NCBI RefSeq assembly: GCF_009914755.1
Contig: NC_060925.1
Reading direction: 5' to 3' (one strand)
DNA from: the human T2T-CHM13v2.0 reference genome, Homo sapiens
Length of the DNA stretch: 64,000 nucleotides
Shown here: positions 13,231 to 25,396 of the stretch, piece after piece
How the letters are laid out: each line of letters starts with the position of its first letter
Numbering within the stretch: position 1 is the stretch's first letter
Position numbers and translations under genes: made by a program
The notes under the pieces: model-generated
Databases searched by the model: none
What the model saw: only the letters and a program-made list of their open reading frames with translations
Told to the model about the DNA's origin: nothing

Positions 13231-13830
13231 CTTCATCAGGGTGGCAGGAGTGTCCCCAGCTTCATTAGGATCCTCCCACACATCCCCATTCCAAGTTTCA
13301 GGGTCCCATTTTTTCCAATCAATGCCCTCACTTTAACAGTAGACACCTGGCGAGGCTGTGCATGCATCTTTAGTTGCGGGTCAGCCACTCACATGATAAG
13401 AGCTCATGTCTGTTTTTCCGTAATTTCAGCTCTTTCTCTACAAGAGATAAGACTCTCACTCAAGGCAATCTCAGTAGATTTGAAGCTCAGTATCTGCTTC
13501 TGAAGCTGGGAGACAGAATCCCTGAGTTCATCATTTTCTTTCATCACTTTGTCCACTGAACTTAGGAGCAACCAACCAGCTTCATTATGTTCCTTGGTTC
13601 TCCACATACAGTCAAAGGTATCATGTATAGAGTCACTAAACTCCTTGCCACTCACGAGCGGTGAATCAGGAGTATCAAATTCATTTATTTTGCATAACGC
13701 TCTAAACAGGTCATGCCAAAGACTGTCAATGTTCTCTGTGCTATTAGAAGTAGAGTTCTTAGCATTTTGGGGTCTAATCATATTAAGCAGCCAACTCCAA
13801 AAATCCCAAAACTAATTAAAGAACTCCATC
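13231..13830 (-). pseudogene. HERV-L gag N-terminal remnant
   Basis: ORF 13404-13781 (...WHDLFRALCKINEFDTPDSPL...EHNEAGWLLLSSVDKVMKENDELRDS) lies directly after the PBS. Confidence 0.82.
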
Positions 13831-13873
13831 CTTAATATTCTGTTCCTCTAGAACCACTCCTGGTACCAAAATC

Positions 13874-14361
13874 TGTATTAGTCAGGGTTCTTTAGAGGGA
13901 TAGAACTGATAGGAGATATGTATATATATATATATATACACACACACATATATATATGTATATATATATATATAAAGAGGAGTTTATTAAGTGTTAACTT
14001 ACATGATCACAGGGTCCCACAACAGGTTGTCTGAAAGCTGAGGAGCAAGGAGAGCCAGTCTGAGTCAAAGAACTGAAGAACTTGGAGTCCGATGTTCAAG
14101 GGCAGGAAGCATCCAGCATGGGAAAAAGATGCTGGATCTCTGGGAGGCTAGGCCTGTCTTTCCTTTTCACATTTTTCTGCCTGCTTTATATTCACTGGCA
14201 GCTGTTTAGATGGTGCCCACCAGATTAAGGGTGGATCTGCCTTCCCCAGCCCACTGACTCAAATGTTAATCTCTTTTGGCAGCACCTTCCCAGACACACC
14301 CAGGAGCAATACTTTGTATCCTTCAGTCTAATCAAGTTGACGCTCAGTATTAACTATCATA
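13874..14361 (-). mobile_element. MLT2A LTR (5' LTR)
   Basis: Second copy of the LTR, adjacent to the PBS; its TA/CA tract is short (~13914-13973). Confidence 0.92.
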
Positions 14362-15548
14362 CCTATTTAAAAACCATCATACCTTTTAAAAATCGCAACT
14401 CCACCCCCTACACTGCCTTTCCTTCTTCTCTGCTTTATTTTCTCCCTACAACTCACTATCATCTGAAAAACGTTATATTTTATTTATGTATTTCTTGTCC
14501 ATTTCCCTCAACCCCAATCAGAATGTAAATTCAGTGATGGCAGAAAACAAGTAGGTTTTGTTCTCTTTTATATTCCTAGTGAATGGAATATGCCTGGTAC
14601 ATAACACATGCTCACTAAATATCTGTGGGATAAATGTAGTACTTAGATTCAGCCCTCAAGTTCGAATGTCATCATTGTGATAGGGAAACTCTATCAAAAC
14701 TCTGCTTTATCTTCAAAGCCCAGCTCAAATGTCTCCACCTCCATGAAGCCTTCCCTACTCTACTCAGTCAGAATCAATTTCAACTTCCTCTCTGTTCTTA
14801 TATATAGCTTTAAAAGAAAAATACCTGTTATATGTATTATTTTTGCTGGGCTATATGTATTATTTTTTCTGGGCTATAATTAGTTTTTATACCTGTGTTT
14901 TCCTTCTACATTATAAGCTCCCTGAATGCGGGGACAATTTTTTGGTCATTTTGGGGTCTACCCATAGTGTCTAGCATGTGGTAGGTGCTAGTTATATGTG
15001 GGATTTGTGTGCATGTTAAATATTATATGCTCCAATGTAAAAGAAAGGCATCAGAAGCAGCCTCTACCTTCAAGAAGGTTGCGGTTTCATTGAGGAATAA
15101 CATTCACATAGACCACAGTGTCAGACAGTATCTTGTGGGGCATGAGAGAAGAAGGAAAAGGAACCAACATCTATTGAGCATCTGTTTTATGGCAGCGACT
15201 TTACATGCATTATCACTTTTAATCCTCCTATTAACCCCTTGAAAAAAGTAATATTAGCCCCATCTTATAAATGAGTTTATTGGAGCAGAAAGACGCAAAG
15301 TAAGAATGTAAATTCTGGGGACAAAAAGAAATAGCATATACCAAGAAATTCTGAGAGCTTTCCCATCAGAGCTTCCCTTCTCTGTTACCATGAGTTGGGT
15401 GTGTAGTATCCCCAGAAACCAAGGCACAGGGAGGTTAATTTAACTTAGCCAGAGTCACACAGCAGTAAATTGAAGAACTGGGATTCAGACACACGTCTGA
15501 CCAACTCCAATTCCCTTTCTTTCCAGTGTTTCTCATCATACTTTAAAC

Positions 15549-15714
15549 CAATGCTTCTTAATCCTTCATGTGCATTTGACTTACCTGAGGATTTTGTGGA
15601 AGTACAGATTTTGATTCAGTAGGTCTGGGATGGGACCTGAAGATCTGCATTTCTCACAAGTCCCTGGGTGATGCCAGTGATGCTGATACAGGAACCACAC
15701 CTTGAGTAGCAAGG
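15549..15714. mobile_element. MER5-family hAT-Charlie DNA transposon
   Basis: gattcagtaggtctggg..atctgcatttctcacaagtccctgggtgatgc..accacaccttgagtagcaagg. Confidence 0.8.
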
Positions 15715-15731
15715 TTTTAAACCATTCTTAA

Positions 15732-16022
15732 GCTGGGCATGGTGGCCTGTAATCCCAACACTTTGAGAGGCCAAGGCAGGAGGAATGCTTGAGCCCAAAA
15801 GTTGGAGACCAGGCTGAGCAACAAAACAAGACCTGATTTCTTAATAAACAAATAAATTTAGCCAGGTGTGGTGGCATGCACCTGTAATCTCAGCTACCCT
15901 GGTTGCTGAGGTGGGAGGATCGCTTGAGCCCAGGAGTTTGAGGCTGCAGCAAGCTGTGATCATGCCACCATACTCCAGCTTGCGCAAAAGAATGAGACAA
16001 AACAAGCAAACAAACAAAAAAA
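15732..16022 (+). mobile_element. AluJ-type dimer
   Basis: gaggatcgcttgagcccaggagtttgaggctgcag diagnostic AluJ segment; A-rich tail. Confidence 0.92.
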
Positions 16023-16329
16023 CCCCACATACTTAGTTTGAGGAAATTGTGTGAATGACCAAAAGAAAATAAATCCTCTGACTAGTTGGCTGTAGTAACA
16101 CTGGGCTTGCAGGAAATAAGCCAAGACTCATTGTAAGCCTCTCAGAGGTGGGATGGGAGGGAACAATCATAGGTGCTCCAGAACCCCAAGGGATCCCCAG
16201 TCAGTGTGTTAAGAAGGAGAAGAGACCCCCAGTGCAAGTGAATGTATCCCCTTGAGTAACTGCCTGATGCCAGACACTCTGCTGGACACTTAAACTTGGG
16301 CCAGTCCCTGTAGAGAGAAAGTGTGAACT

Positions 16330-16700
16330 GAGATATCCAACAGACTGGAGTTCATTCAAATCCTAGCCTCAGAGCCTACTTGCTGGTTGACTTCAGACAG
16401 ATTATTTAACATTTCTCAAGCCTCACTTTCCTTATCTGCACAGTAGGCCTGATGATACCCATTTCACACAGAATTAAATGAGGTAACATTAATAAGCCAC
16501 TTAGCACAGTGCCTGGCACAAAGTAGGCACTGAATAAATTGTAGCTGCTATTAGTCCCCATGTTAATATAATCTTCACAGTGATACTTTGATTGTGAGAA
16601 TTAAGGGATTATCTCTGTTTTTTCCAGATAAGAGAGCATACTGATAAAGCTTAAATGACTTAACCAAGGTTATACAGCAAGTAGTTTTGAACCACACACA
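16330..16700. mobile_element. MIR fragments
   Basis: caaatcctagc..gcctcactttccttatctg..ttagcacagtgcctggcaca, then an opposite-sense MIR core. Confidence 0.65.
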
Positions 16701-17455
16701 CATTGATACATGCAGTAACAACCATTCATCTGACCCTTTCTTGGGTGTGTTTGGGTAGATTTAAGCCTGCTGAAAGCAAGAAAGACCTCTCAGAATGGGC
16801 AGTGAAGGAGTCCCAGGATATGGAGTTGGCTGCAATTAACCTAGTATGTGGATTACTGCCATGCAGGTAATTTTGAGGTGACTGGGGATTTTATCATGCA
16901 CTTTCAGAACAGGATTTCAGCCTGAACTAGGGGTTCTAACTTCCATAAAAATTCCTTACTCAACTCAGAAGTTTTCAACAGCAGCTACCCATCTGGCTGC
17001 CTCCTCAGGGGCTTTGTAGATGAGGGGAGTAACTGTTCGGTTTCTGGAGAATGATGGTTTTTAAAAAGCGAAAGAGCAAGGTGTGCAGATTGGCAGTGCA
17101 GAAATGCTGAGGTTCTTTCTGGCCAGCTTCTCTACTGCAGCCATCAACCATAAGGATGTCAGGATCAGAATAATCTCCAGGATCCTAAAGGCAAGGAAAA
17201 GCTACGTCTATCCAGAATGGCTGGGAAAATAAGGGGTTATAACCAGCTATGCTCTCAACACTTTCTAGAGATTAAATATAACAAAAATGCTTAACACAAA
17301 CTACTGGAGATAATTTACTCTTTCACAGCAGATTCCAAAAGCCTCTGATACATTTCAGGGTCTCAGAATCATTGTTATTATAATAACATTTTAGTTCAAA
17401 TGGAGTAACTAGTTGTGGCAGAGAGTACAGGATTTGAAGTCAAATGATCTAGATC

Positions 17456-17666
17456 GGAAGATAACAATCTACAGCTCATGGGCCAAATTGGGCCACTACT
17501 GCCTGTTTTTCTAGAAAAAGTTCTATTGGAACACAGCTACACTCATTTGTTTACATACTGTCTATGGCTGCTACACAATGGCAGAGTTGTCAGGGACCCT
17601 AAGACCTACCAAGCCTAAACTACTTACTGTCTTGCCCTATACATAAAAAAGTTTTCTAACCCCTGA
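17456..17666. mobile_element. MER58A hAT DNA transposon nested in a MIR
   Basis: gggccaaat..gcctgttttt..aaagttctattggaacacagc..ctcatttgtttacatactgtctatggctgct; degenerate 8-bp TSD atctagat/atccagac. Confidence 0.82.
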
Positions 17667-20358
17667 TCCAGACTATGATCTAGCTCTGTGATCTTAGGCA
17701 AATCACCATTTTCTCTGAACTTCAATATCCACATCTATAAAATGATAATTATCTCTCAAACAGGGTTGTTGAGAGAATCAAATGCATAGAAGGATGGGAA
17801 AGCATTTTGTAAACTCAGAATCTCTGTGGAAAGGTGGATAAGGGTGATTTTTGTTGTTCATCTGATCTGTGCCAGAGGAGAACCTACCCAGGACATTTCT
17901 TGTTTGTGTTTTGTTTTCCAGCCCCCGGAGTCAGTTTATTGTTGTGTCCTCTCTTTCTCACAAATGCAAAATTAATTCCCTGGGTACCCCCTCTTTTCCC
18001 CCTCTTCCCCCAAACTTACCAAACATTCTGGTTATATGCTTTCAGTAATGGAGGACTGGTACAAATGCATACATCCATTCTTTCATTTATCAAGCATTTG
18101 TTGATGACTTACTATGTGCAAGGATAGAAACTTTTATGAGCTAGTTATTATGGGAAGATGTGTTTTGTTTCTAAGGGGAAAAGTTGGATATACAAATTAT
18201 TATAACAGAATAAAGATGTTGCCATGTCATAGTAGGAGGAGACATTGTGTATTTGTGTGTGTGCCTATGTGCCTATGCTTTATAAAAACAGAAATATTGA
18301 AGTTCAGATTTAAGAGCAGCTTGTTAAAAACAAAAACCTGTTTAATTCAAAATACTCTGAAGTGCTTTAAAGTGTAGCCATTATGTATAGCAGTTTTCTC
18401 TTGGAAAGTACATTCTGAATTATAAGTTTCCATCTCAAACTGCCAAGAATGCATTTCCTGCCCATGCATGATAACTGGTGACCATTCACACATGCCTGCT
18501 GGACAGGATTATTAGGGACTGGTCACAGTAAGGGTTGTAGGTCACCTGGGCACCAAGGGGCCAAATGCTCACTATAGTTTCTAAATTTTGGAGGCAGTCT
18601 TAATTTCATATCTCATTTTTTAATAAAGAGGATTCAATAAACGTAACTTTGATGATTTCCTTTTTATTTGTTCAACTTCCCATCAAAATAGACTCATAAA
18701 TTGGGAACAAAAATACAGCTTGTTTTAATTTTCTGTTCTGAAAATACTGTTGCCATCCCTATGTTCTCAAATCTTGCTACTGCTGATAAAGGGAGAAGAT
18801 GTAGCCATTTGGAAAAAAAAAGAAAGAGTAATAAAAAGATATTATTTCTGGAATACAGATACAGATACACTAGCTCTGGGCTCCAGACTGGATCCCTCAG
18901 GCCCTCCCAGCATAGCATTTCTCTTGGTCCCCATAGAAAAAGTGTTGCTATTTTTTGTGAATGCGTTTCATCTATTTTTTTCTAGGTACACTTAGCATAC
19001 AGAACTGCAAATATAAAACCCATCACCAATATATGGCCACCAAAATTAAAACATAAAATTTTTCCTCATTTTACTCTCCCTTACTACTGAAATAGTTTCT
19101 AAAAGAAGTAAAGCTTGGGTTTTTTTATTTTCTACATAGAGATTTAATCCTCTACAGGACATGTTAAAAGAGAATGCTTAGATCCATAGAGTGCTTTTTA
19201 TTAGACTTAGCTGAACTCCTATGATGGTGAGAAGCATGTTAAGAAAACCTGTTCATGAACTAGGCTAACCACAGGTAGTTTCATTGTGGTACCAGACTAT
19301 CTCATATCTTTCAATTCACAGGCAAGTTTTTCTGCCTCTGTCCTCCTCTTGTTCTATGCAATGTTCTGTTTTAGAGCTTGAAGTTCATTATTTCATATCA
19401 AGGAGAATCATCATCATTTTTCCTCTTCCTTTCTGAAATGATGTTCATCTGTTTTTTGTTTGTTTTTTTTTTTTTCATTTTCCCAAAAGCACCCTCATTC
19501 TTGATGTTAAATGCAGTCTCTCTCTAAAGTTAGAGCAGGTGATAACACAGTTGTGCTAATTGCAGTCAGGAACTAAGGTGATGGTGGATTTGGGACTGAT
19601 AGAAGCAGGTGGCTTGACATGATACATCTTGCTGGGCAGGGCTCCTTTCCCTCATTTGACCTTCAGAATCTTCCTAGGACTTGAATGTATTTTCCTTCCT
19701 CCAGAAGCAAAGGTCTAAAACAAAAATAAAATATAGAATGTGAAAATTATGCCCATTATATTTATTTTAGATTTTCATCAATATATGAGTAATTTTAGAA
19801 AGATGGATAGTGTGTCAGGAGCATGTACCACTCGTAAGCATGATTCCTCCACATATATTCCATCAGTATAAATAAATCAAGTACTACTCCAATGTGAGTT
19901 AGGTCTAATTTTTGCTGTTAAGTGGTGTTTTGTTTATATTTTTCATAATTTATTTTAATTTTACGCAAATTAAATTGGGCTGGATAGATTGACCATCTGA
20001 CCAGTTTCCTAGAACTTATGCATAAGGTTTATCATTGAGATAATTGTTTTAAAAATATCCTTTAAAAGCAGCTCAACTTGGTGAATGTTTTTAAAAAGTG
20101 ATTATAAGAATACTTTTGTACAGCAATTTTTAAAGCTTCTCATATATGCAAGGTAAATATGACTGAGAAATTTGCATGATGAAAATGTATTTAATTAGGT
20201 GAATTATTTAGCTAGGTTTGATGAGGTGACACCAAATTTCGGATAAATGATATTTTTAAACCAATGAAATTGGTCTCTGTATTTTTGTATTTGCAAAATG
20301 AAATTTCTGGGAACATATGGCAGGGTCTTGTAATTCACCTCCCCCTGCCCCCACCACA

Positions 20359-20360
<2 letters not shown>

Positions 20361-20390
<30 letters not shown>
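20361..20390. repeat. (CA)n microsatellite
   Basis: Read directly. Confidence 0.95.
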
Positions 20391-20393
<3 letters not shown>

Positions 20394-21980
20394 CACTCAC
20401 ACACCATACTTACACAGTGAGATGGAAAGAGAAGGGTCCCAGCAGCTGGAGTGCACCCAGCATTCTCTCCTTCCTCTTCAGTTACTAATCCTGGCTGGTG
20501 AAGGGCATGTCTGGTAAAGTTTGCCCCTGTCTTTCTTCTTCTCACCCTGTTCTTCCAAAACAAAGGAATATCCTAATGGAAGTGTCATTTTGGGTTTTCC
20601 ATTTGGGGTCAAATGCCATTGAGCTTTCTTGTGATTCTCTTTGCTCCATCCTATAACAAAGTCACCCATTTTCTCATCCAGAACCCAACTTGTTTTCCCA
20701 GGTTTCCTCCTACAACCAACACAAACACAGACATTTACCAGCAAAACAGAAGCTGTTGGAAAGATTTTTTGGCCGCTGAAATGGGCTCCTGTCACCAGGA
20801 CATGGCAGGCTTTTTGCTGTATTATCTCCCAGCCCTGGCCCCCGTACTCCAAAGAGAGCTTTATGTAATCAGTCTTTGCTGACATGTGACGTCCTGTCAT
20901 TTTCCTCCCCTTCGGCTCTGCTGCCGCCCACAAATCAATAACATTGCTTGGGAAGTTCAGGCTGGTTTTGCAGCCACCCCAAGCTCTGTGTTTCTTAAAG
21001 GGTATGTCAGAAAATGTAAAGTTTCCTAATGATATTTCTGGCTGATGACACATGGCAGAGCTGATGGACTATTTATAATCAGTGGCACGATTGCAAGCAC
21101 ATTATTTTTATTTCACTTGGGGGGAGCCCTGTCACTTGCTACCTCTCTTTGCAGACAAGTTGATGCCATCTCCACCTAAAGTAGCTAAATCCTCTTTTCA
21201 GAGTTTATTTGCACTCTTAGCTTTGTGTTAGGAGCTCCCTAGCTCTTTCCAGTAGAAACCCCCTCTCCTTTTTCTTTATTGTTCTTTGGCTCAGGGAATG
21301 ATGAGGGTAAAGAATGATTTGTAGCAACTGCTTTGAATTCTAGCCATGCCTGCATCCTTAACTATACACATCTCCAGTATTTGCTACTCAAGTCTTGCTA
21401 CATCCCTCTGAATGTGGGTGTGGCTGGCATGACCGAGGCAATAGACACTGCTACTGTGTCCAGCACTTGCCTCAATTTTACAGGCCTGAGCAGAGCATAG
21501 CTGTCTTTTGTTGAGCACCTACTCCAATCTAGACAATGTACTTGGTAGGCATTTTATACACAATCTCTCACTCTCTCAAACCTACCTGAGGTAAGTGCTG
21601 TTATCTCCAGAACAGAGATTGGAGGTGGGAGGGGGAGAGAGATTAAATTACTTCCTTACAAAGTCGCACAGCTGATAGGGAAAGCTCTAGGACTCCAGTT
21701 TAAGTCTCTTCTGACAAACCACACCTGTTCTCTTTCCGCTACCATGTCCTGCCTCTTCCTGATTATGTGGACACTTGTGTATCTCTTGTGTGGCTGTGCA
21801 GGGGCACTTACCCAGTTTTAGCTTGCACAGCTCCTAAAGTTTAATAGCCAATGAGAGTGAGAGTTGGAGGAATTGGAAACCTCTCAATCTGGGGGTAAAC
21901 CCTGGTGTAAGAGGAACTGTATACCAAAGGAGAGTTTTGACTCACTGCAGTGGGAAGTGTTGCCTCTATAAAGATACTGA

Positions 21981-22202
<222 letters not shown>

Positions 22203-22379
22203 TAAATTTCATTCTGTTGATCTGGTAAATCCAGGCTATGTGGGGGCTGGAAGCAGTGTTCTTGATTTATTCAAAGAACATTTACCATCCACTATACTAA
22301 ATGGGAGACACAGAGTGTTACAGAAGAGTGAGGTGAGGGTTGAGTAGAGGGAAGGGACCACAAGCTGTGAGACCTCCAA

Positions 22380-22690
22380 TTAAGAGGGCAGATGGGATAT
22401 TTGGGATTCAAGACCCCACAAAGAGGGCCTGTGAGCCTGAGTCTGCAAAGATGGCCAGAGCTGAGCCAAGGGAAAAGGCTGAGGCCAGGAAGCTGTTCCA
22501 GGCAGAGGAAACAGCACATGCAAAGCTGTGAAAATGTAAGACGTTGTGAGCAGGGACAGCATATAAATAGTGTGGCCTAAGTTTGGATGGGAAGGTGAAA
22601 AGATGAGGATGGGAGGTGGCAGGGCCAAATCAGGAGGCTTTGTGTGCCAGGCTGCAGCTTGGCTTTACCTAAGGGTGGTTAGGACCCTCC
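22380..22690 (-). mobile_element. L2 LINE remnant
   Basis: gttccaggcagaggaaacagcacatgcaaag..gggcagggccaaatc L2 motifs. Confidence 0.7.
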
Positions 22691-25187
22691 TAATCGAGAC
22701 TCGAAAAGGGAGCATCAGTTATAAATAAACGCACCAGTGTAATAGGGATGGGTACTATAATAAAATTGATGAGAACATAGTATGGGAATGACAGAAAAAG
22801 TAACATTTCAGCAATCTGAAAATAATTAGGTGGGTAGATAATATCTCAGGAAGGGTTGTTTTAAGTCAAAAAAGAAAAACAGTAACCCAGAGCCTGCTCC
22901 TCTAGAAGGAGGTTTAAGTTTCTGTCACTGGATAGTCATACTCTGGGTCCAGACTTCACCTGTGGGATCCTTCAGGAGGTAGTGCTGTTTGCCTTGGGGG
23001 ATTCCCTTGGGCAGCCGGTGGTGGTCTAGTGGATGGAGCCTGCCTCCTCCTCGGCCTTCCTTCCCTTTCTTCCCCTACCTCCAGGCAGCGTCCTGCTTAG
23101 GGGCAGCTGCCAGCCAATTAATGAGTCCCCATCTTTCATAGCCTATTAAACTGCAGGGAAGTGTCTCCTGGGCGCTCTTATCCTCACGACAGCAGGTCTG
23201 ACGCAAAGTAGGACAAAAGAGAAACCTCTCCCAGAATGGAAATCTATAGATGGCACCAGCTCTCAGCATCTGAAAACACAAAACCAGAACTTTTTAGTCC
23301 AACAAAGCTACTTTTCCAACATCCAGCCTGATAGAGGAGACTACTGGTATAAGATAATCTTAGCTGGAAGGTAATCAAAACAAAAACAAAGCAAAACCTT
23401 TCTCTTTTTAGAATATGTGATTATCTTTCTTTCTTTTTTAAGCAGCTTTACTTTTGCAATTGAGTTTAGCTTATTTCTAAAGATGATTGCTTTCCCTGAT
23501 CTCATACAGCCTGATACACAAAGATCCCAAAATGGACCTGATTCAGGCTCCTCAGTCTAGGCTTAGAATCATTTCCTATGAGTTCTCTAATGAGGAAATA
23601 ATCAAGAGTTGTTTAATTATGGGGTAGTCCTCTGAGAGGCAGGAGGATTAATTTCTTTCAAAGTAAAAACATACCTATTTTCATGCTTTAAGTAAAGACG
23701 GATGCTCATGTCACCTGACTCTTTGATGAGGCCACACTAGACTGAGAGCTGTATTTGTAGGTTTGATTGATTTTCTGTGCTATCCAGTTCAGCATTAGAA
23801 TGTCAGATGTCTACTCTTCCCTTGACAGACACCCTGACCTTGAACTGAAAAAGGTACTTTTCTTTACAGTTTTCTTGAAACCCCAACTCTTCTCCAGGGG
23901 CTTAGGATCAAATAATCAACTTTCCATTTTGCTTTTTTTTTTTTAAGTATTCCATAAGGCCACTGTGGTTCCCCAAAGACTGAGTAGACCTGGCTTTTCT
24001 GGTCTCAGATGTACCCCCTAGCCCATCATGCCATCAGATGCTTTATCTAAGTGGATCTTAGAGACAAGGATCATTGATTATTTTCTTTCTGTAAAGAGTC
24101 AGTCTGCCTCCTTCCATTATCTATATTCCTTTCCCCACCCCCTCACCCACCCTGTATCAAAACGCTGCCAACACATTTGCACCCAGCGGTAATGTGGGCT
24201 TCTGAGACACTGTAGGATTCAAAATGCACGATGCCATGGCTGAATCAATAATTTCCATTCTCCTCTACAAATGAAAATTTAATGTGCAAACCTGGGGACT
24301 TCAGCCCTTTCATTAAAGCAGTTTATTTGCTGTACTAAAAATTAAGTTTGAGTGATAGGTTCCTTTATTAACTTTTCTTCCCTTTTCTAAAGGGACACAA
24401 TGTTTAAGGTAAAAATCATATTAAAGGAAAGAAAAAAGCAAACCCCTTTTGTATGCTGTTTAATAGTCTCATCATTTATTAATTTTTTTAAATTGCTTTT
24501 TTGTCTTTCAGGCCACTGTTTACCTCTGCTTCAGTTTGCTTTGATAAGTGACATGAGATCTATCTCTTTGCTCTGACTCCCATGAAGGAATAGTTAACTT
24601 GCCTATCTGGAAAAAAACCAAGTATCTTCTTTGGAAGCGTACATTACAGAGGTCTCAGGACCATCTAGTACATGTTTGTGAACTTTGGTCAAATTTCCCC
24701 CTCCTTTTCAAATTTCTGGAGTGCAAAACACTCTACTTTAAATGTTATGCACAAAGTAGGTTCAGGCAAATCAATAGTTAATTCCAAAGCTGTGAAGGTT
24801 AATGATTAACAGCTGGATTCAGGGAAGGTTCTGGAAAGCTCTAAGGCATCGGTGGAGACTGTAGTGAGCTGTAAAGAAGACAGCTATTCTGCTGCTGCTG
24901 CTAACTGTTTAAACCCAGATTGTTGCCAGATCTACCAGTTGTCCAATACACATGAAAATCTAGATTTTTTTCCTGCCAATCTCCCAATTTTTAAAAGCTA
25001 GAAAATAACTCAAAGAATTTTAAGAATTATGTAGGTGGGCCAAACAGAACTTAATAGTTGACCTTTTGACAGGCAGTTTGCAAACCACCCCCCAACCCAC
25101 CCCCACCAAAAAAAAAATGAACTCAAATTTAAATATGAAAACATCGTTTTGCCAATTGGTAGTGAATGGCTCATTACAGGTCCACTA

Positions 25188-25396
25188 CAGGCTGAGCATC
25201 CCAAATTGGAAAATCTGAAACCCAAAATGCTCCAAAATTTGAAACTTTTTGAGCACCTACATGACACTCAAAGGAAATGCTCATTGGTGCATTTTAGATT
25301 TCAAGTTTTTGGATTAAGGATGTTGAATCAGTATAATGCAAATATTCCAAAATCTAAAATTTGTGGTCCCATTTCTGATAAGGGATACTCAACCTG
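25188..25396. mobile_element. Tigger4/MER46-type MITE
   Basis: TIRs caggctgagcatccc / gggatactcaacctg, TA target duplications, aaaatgctccaaaat body. Confidence 0.88.

Larger units (their letters stand above)
10349..14361 (-). mobile_element. HERV-L provirus (MLT2A LTR - internally deleted HERVL-int - MLT2A LTR), antisense in intron 2
   Basis: Direct-repeat LTRs at 10349-11181 and 13874-14361 (tgtattagt.agggttct...cagtattaac.atca). tRNA-Leu-type PBS TGGTACCAGGAGTGG (minus strand, 13851-13868) and purine-rich PPT at 11182-11196. gag, RNase H/integrase and dUTPase remnants are present. Confidence 0.93.
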
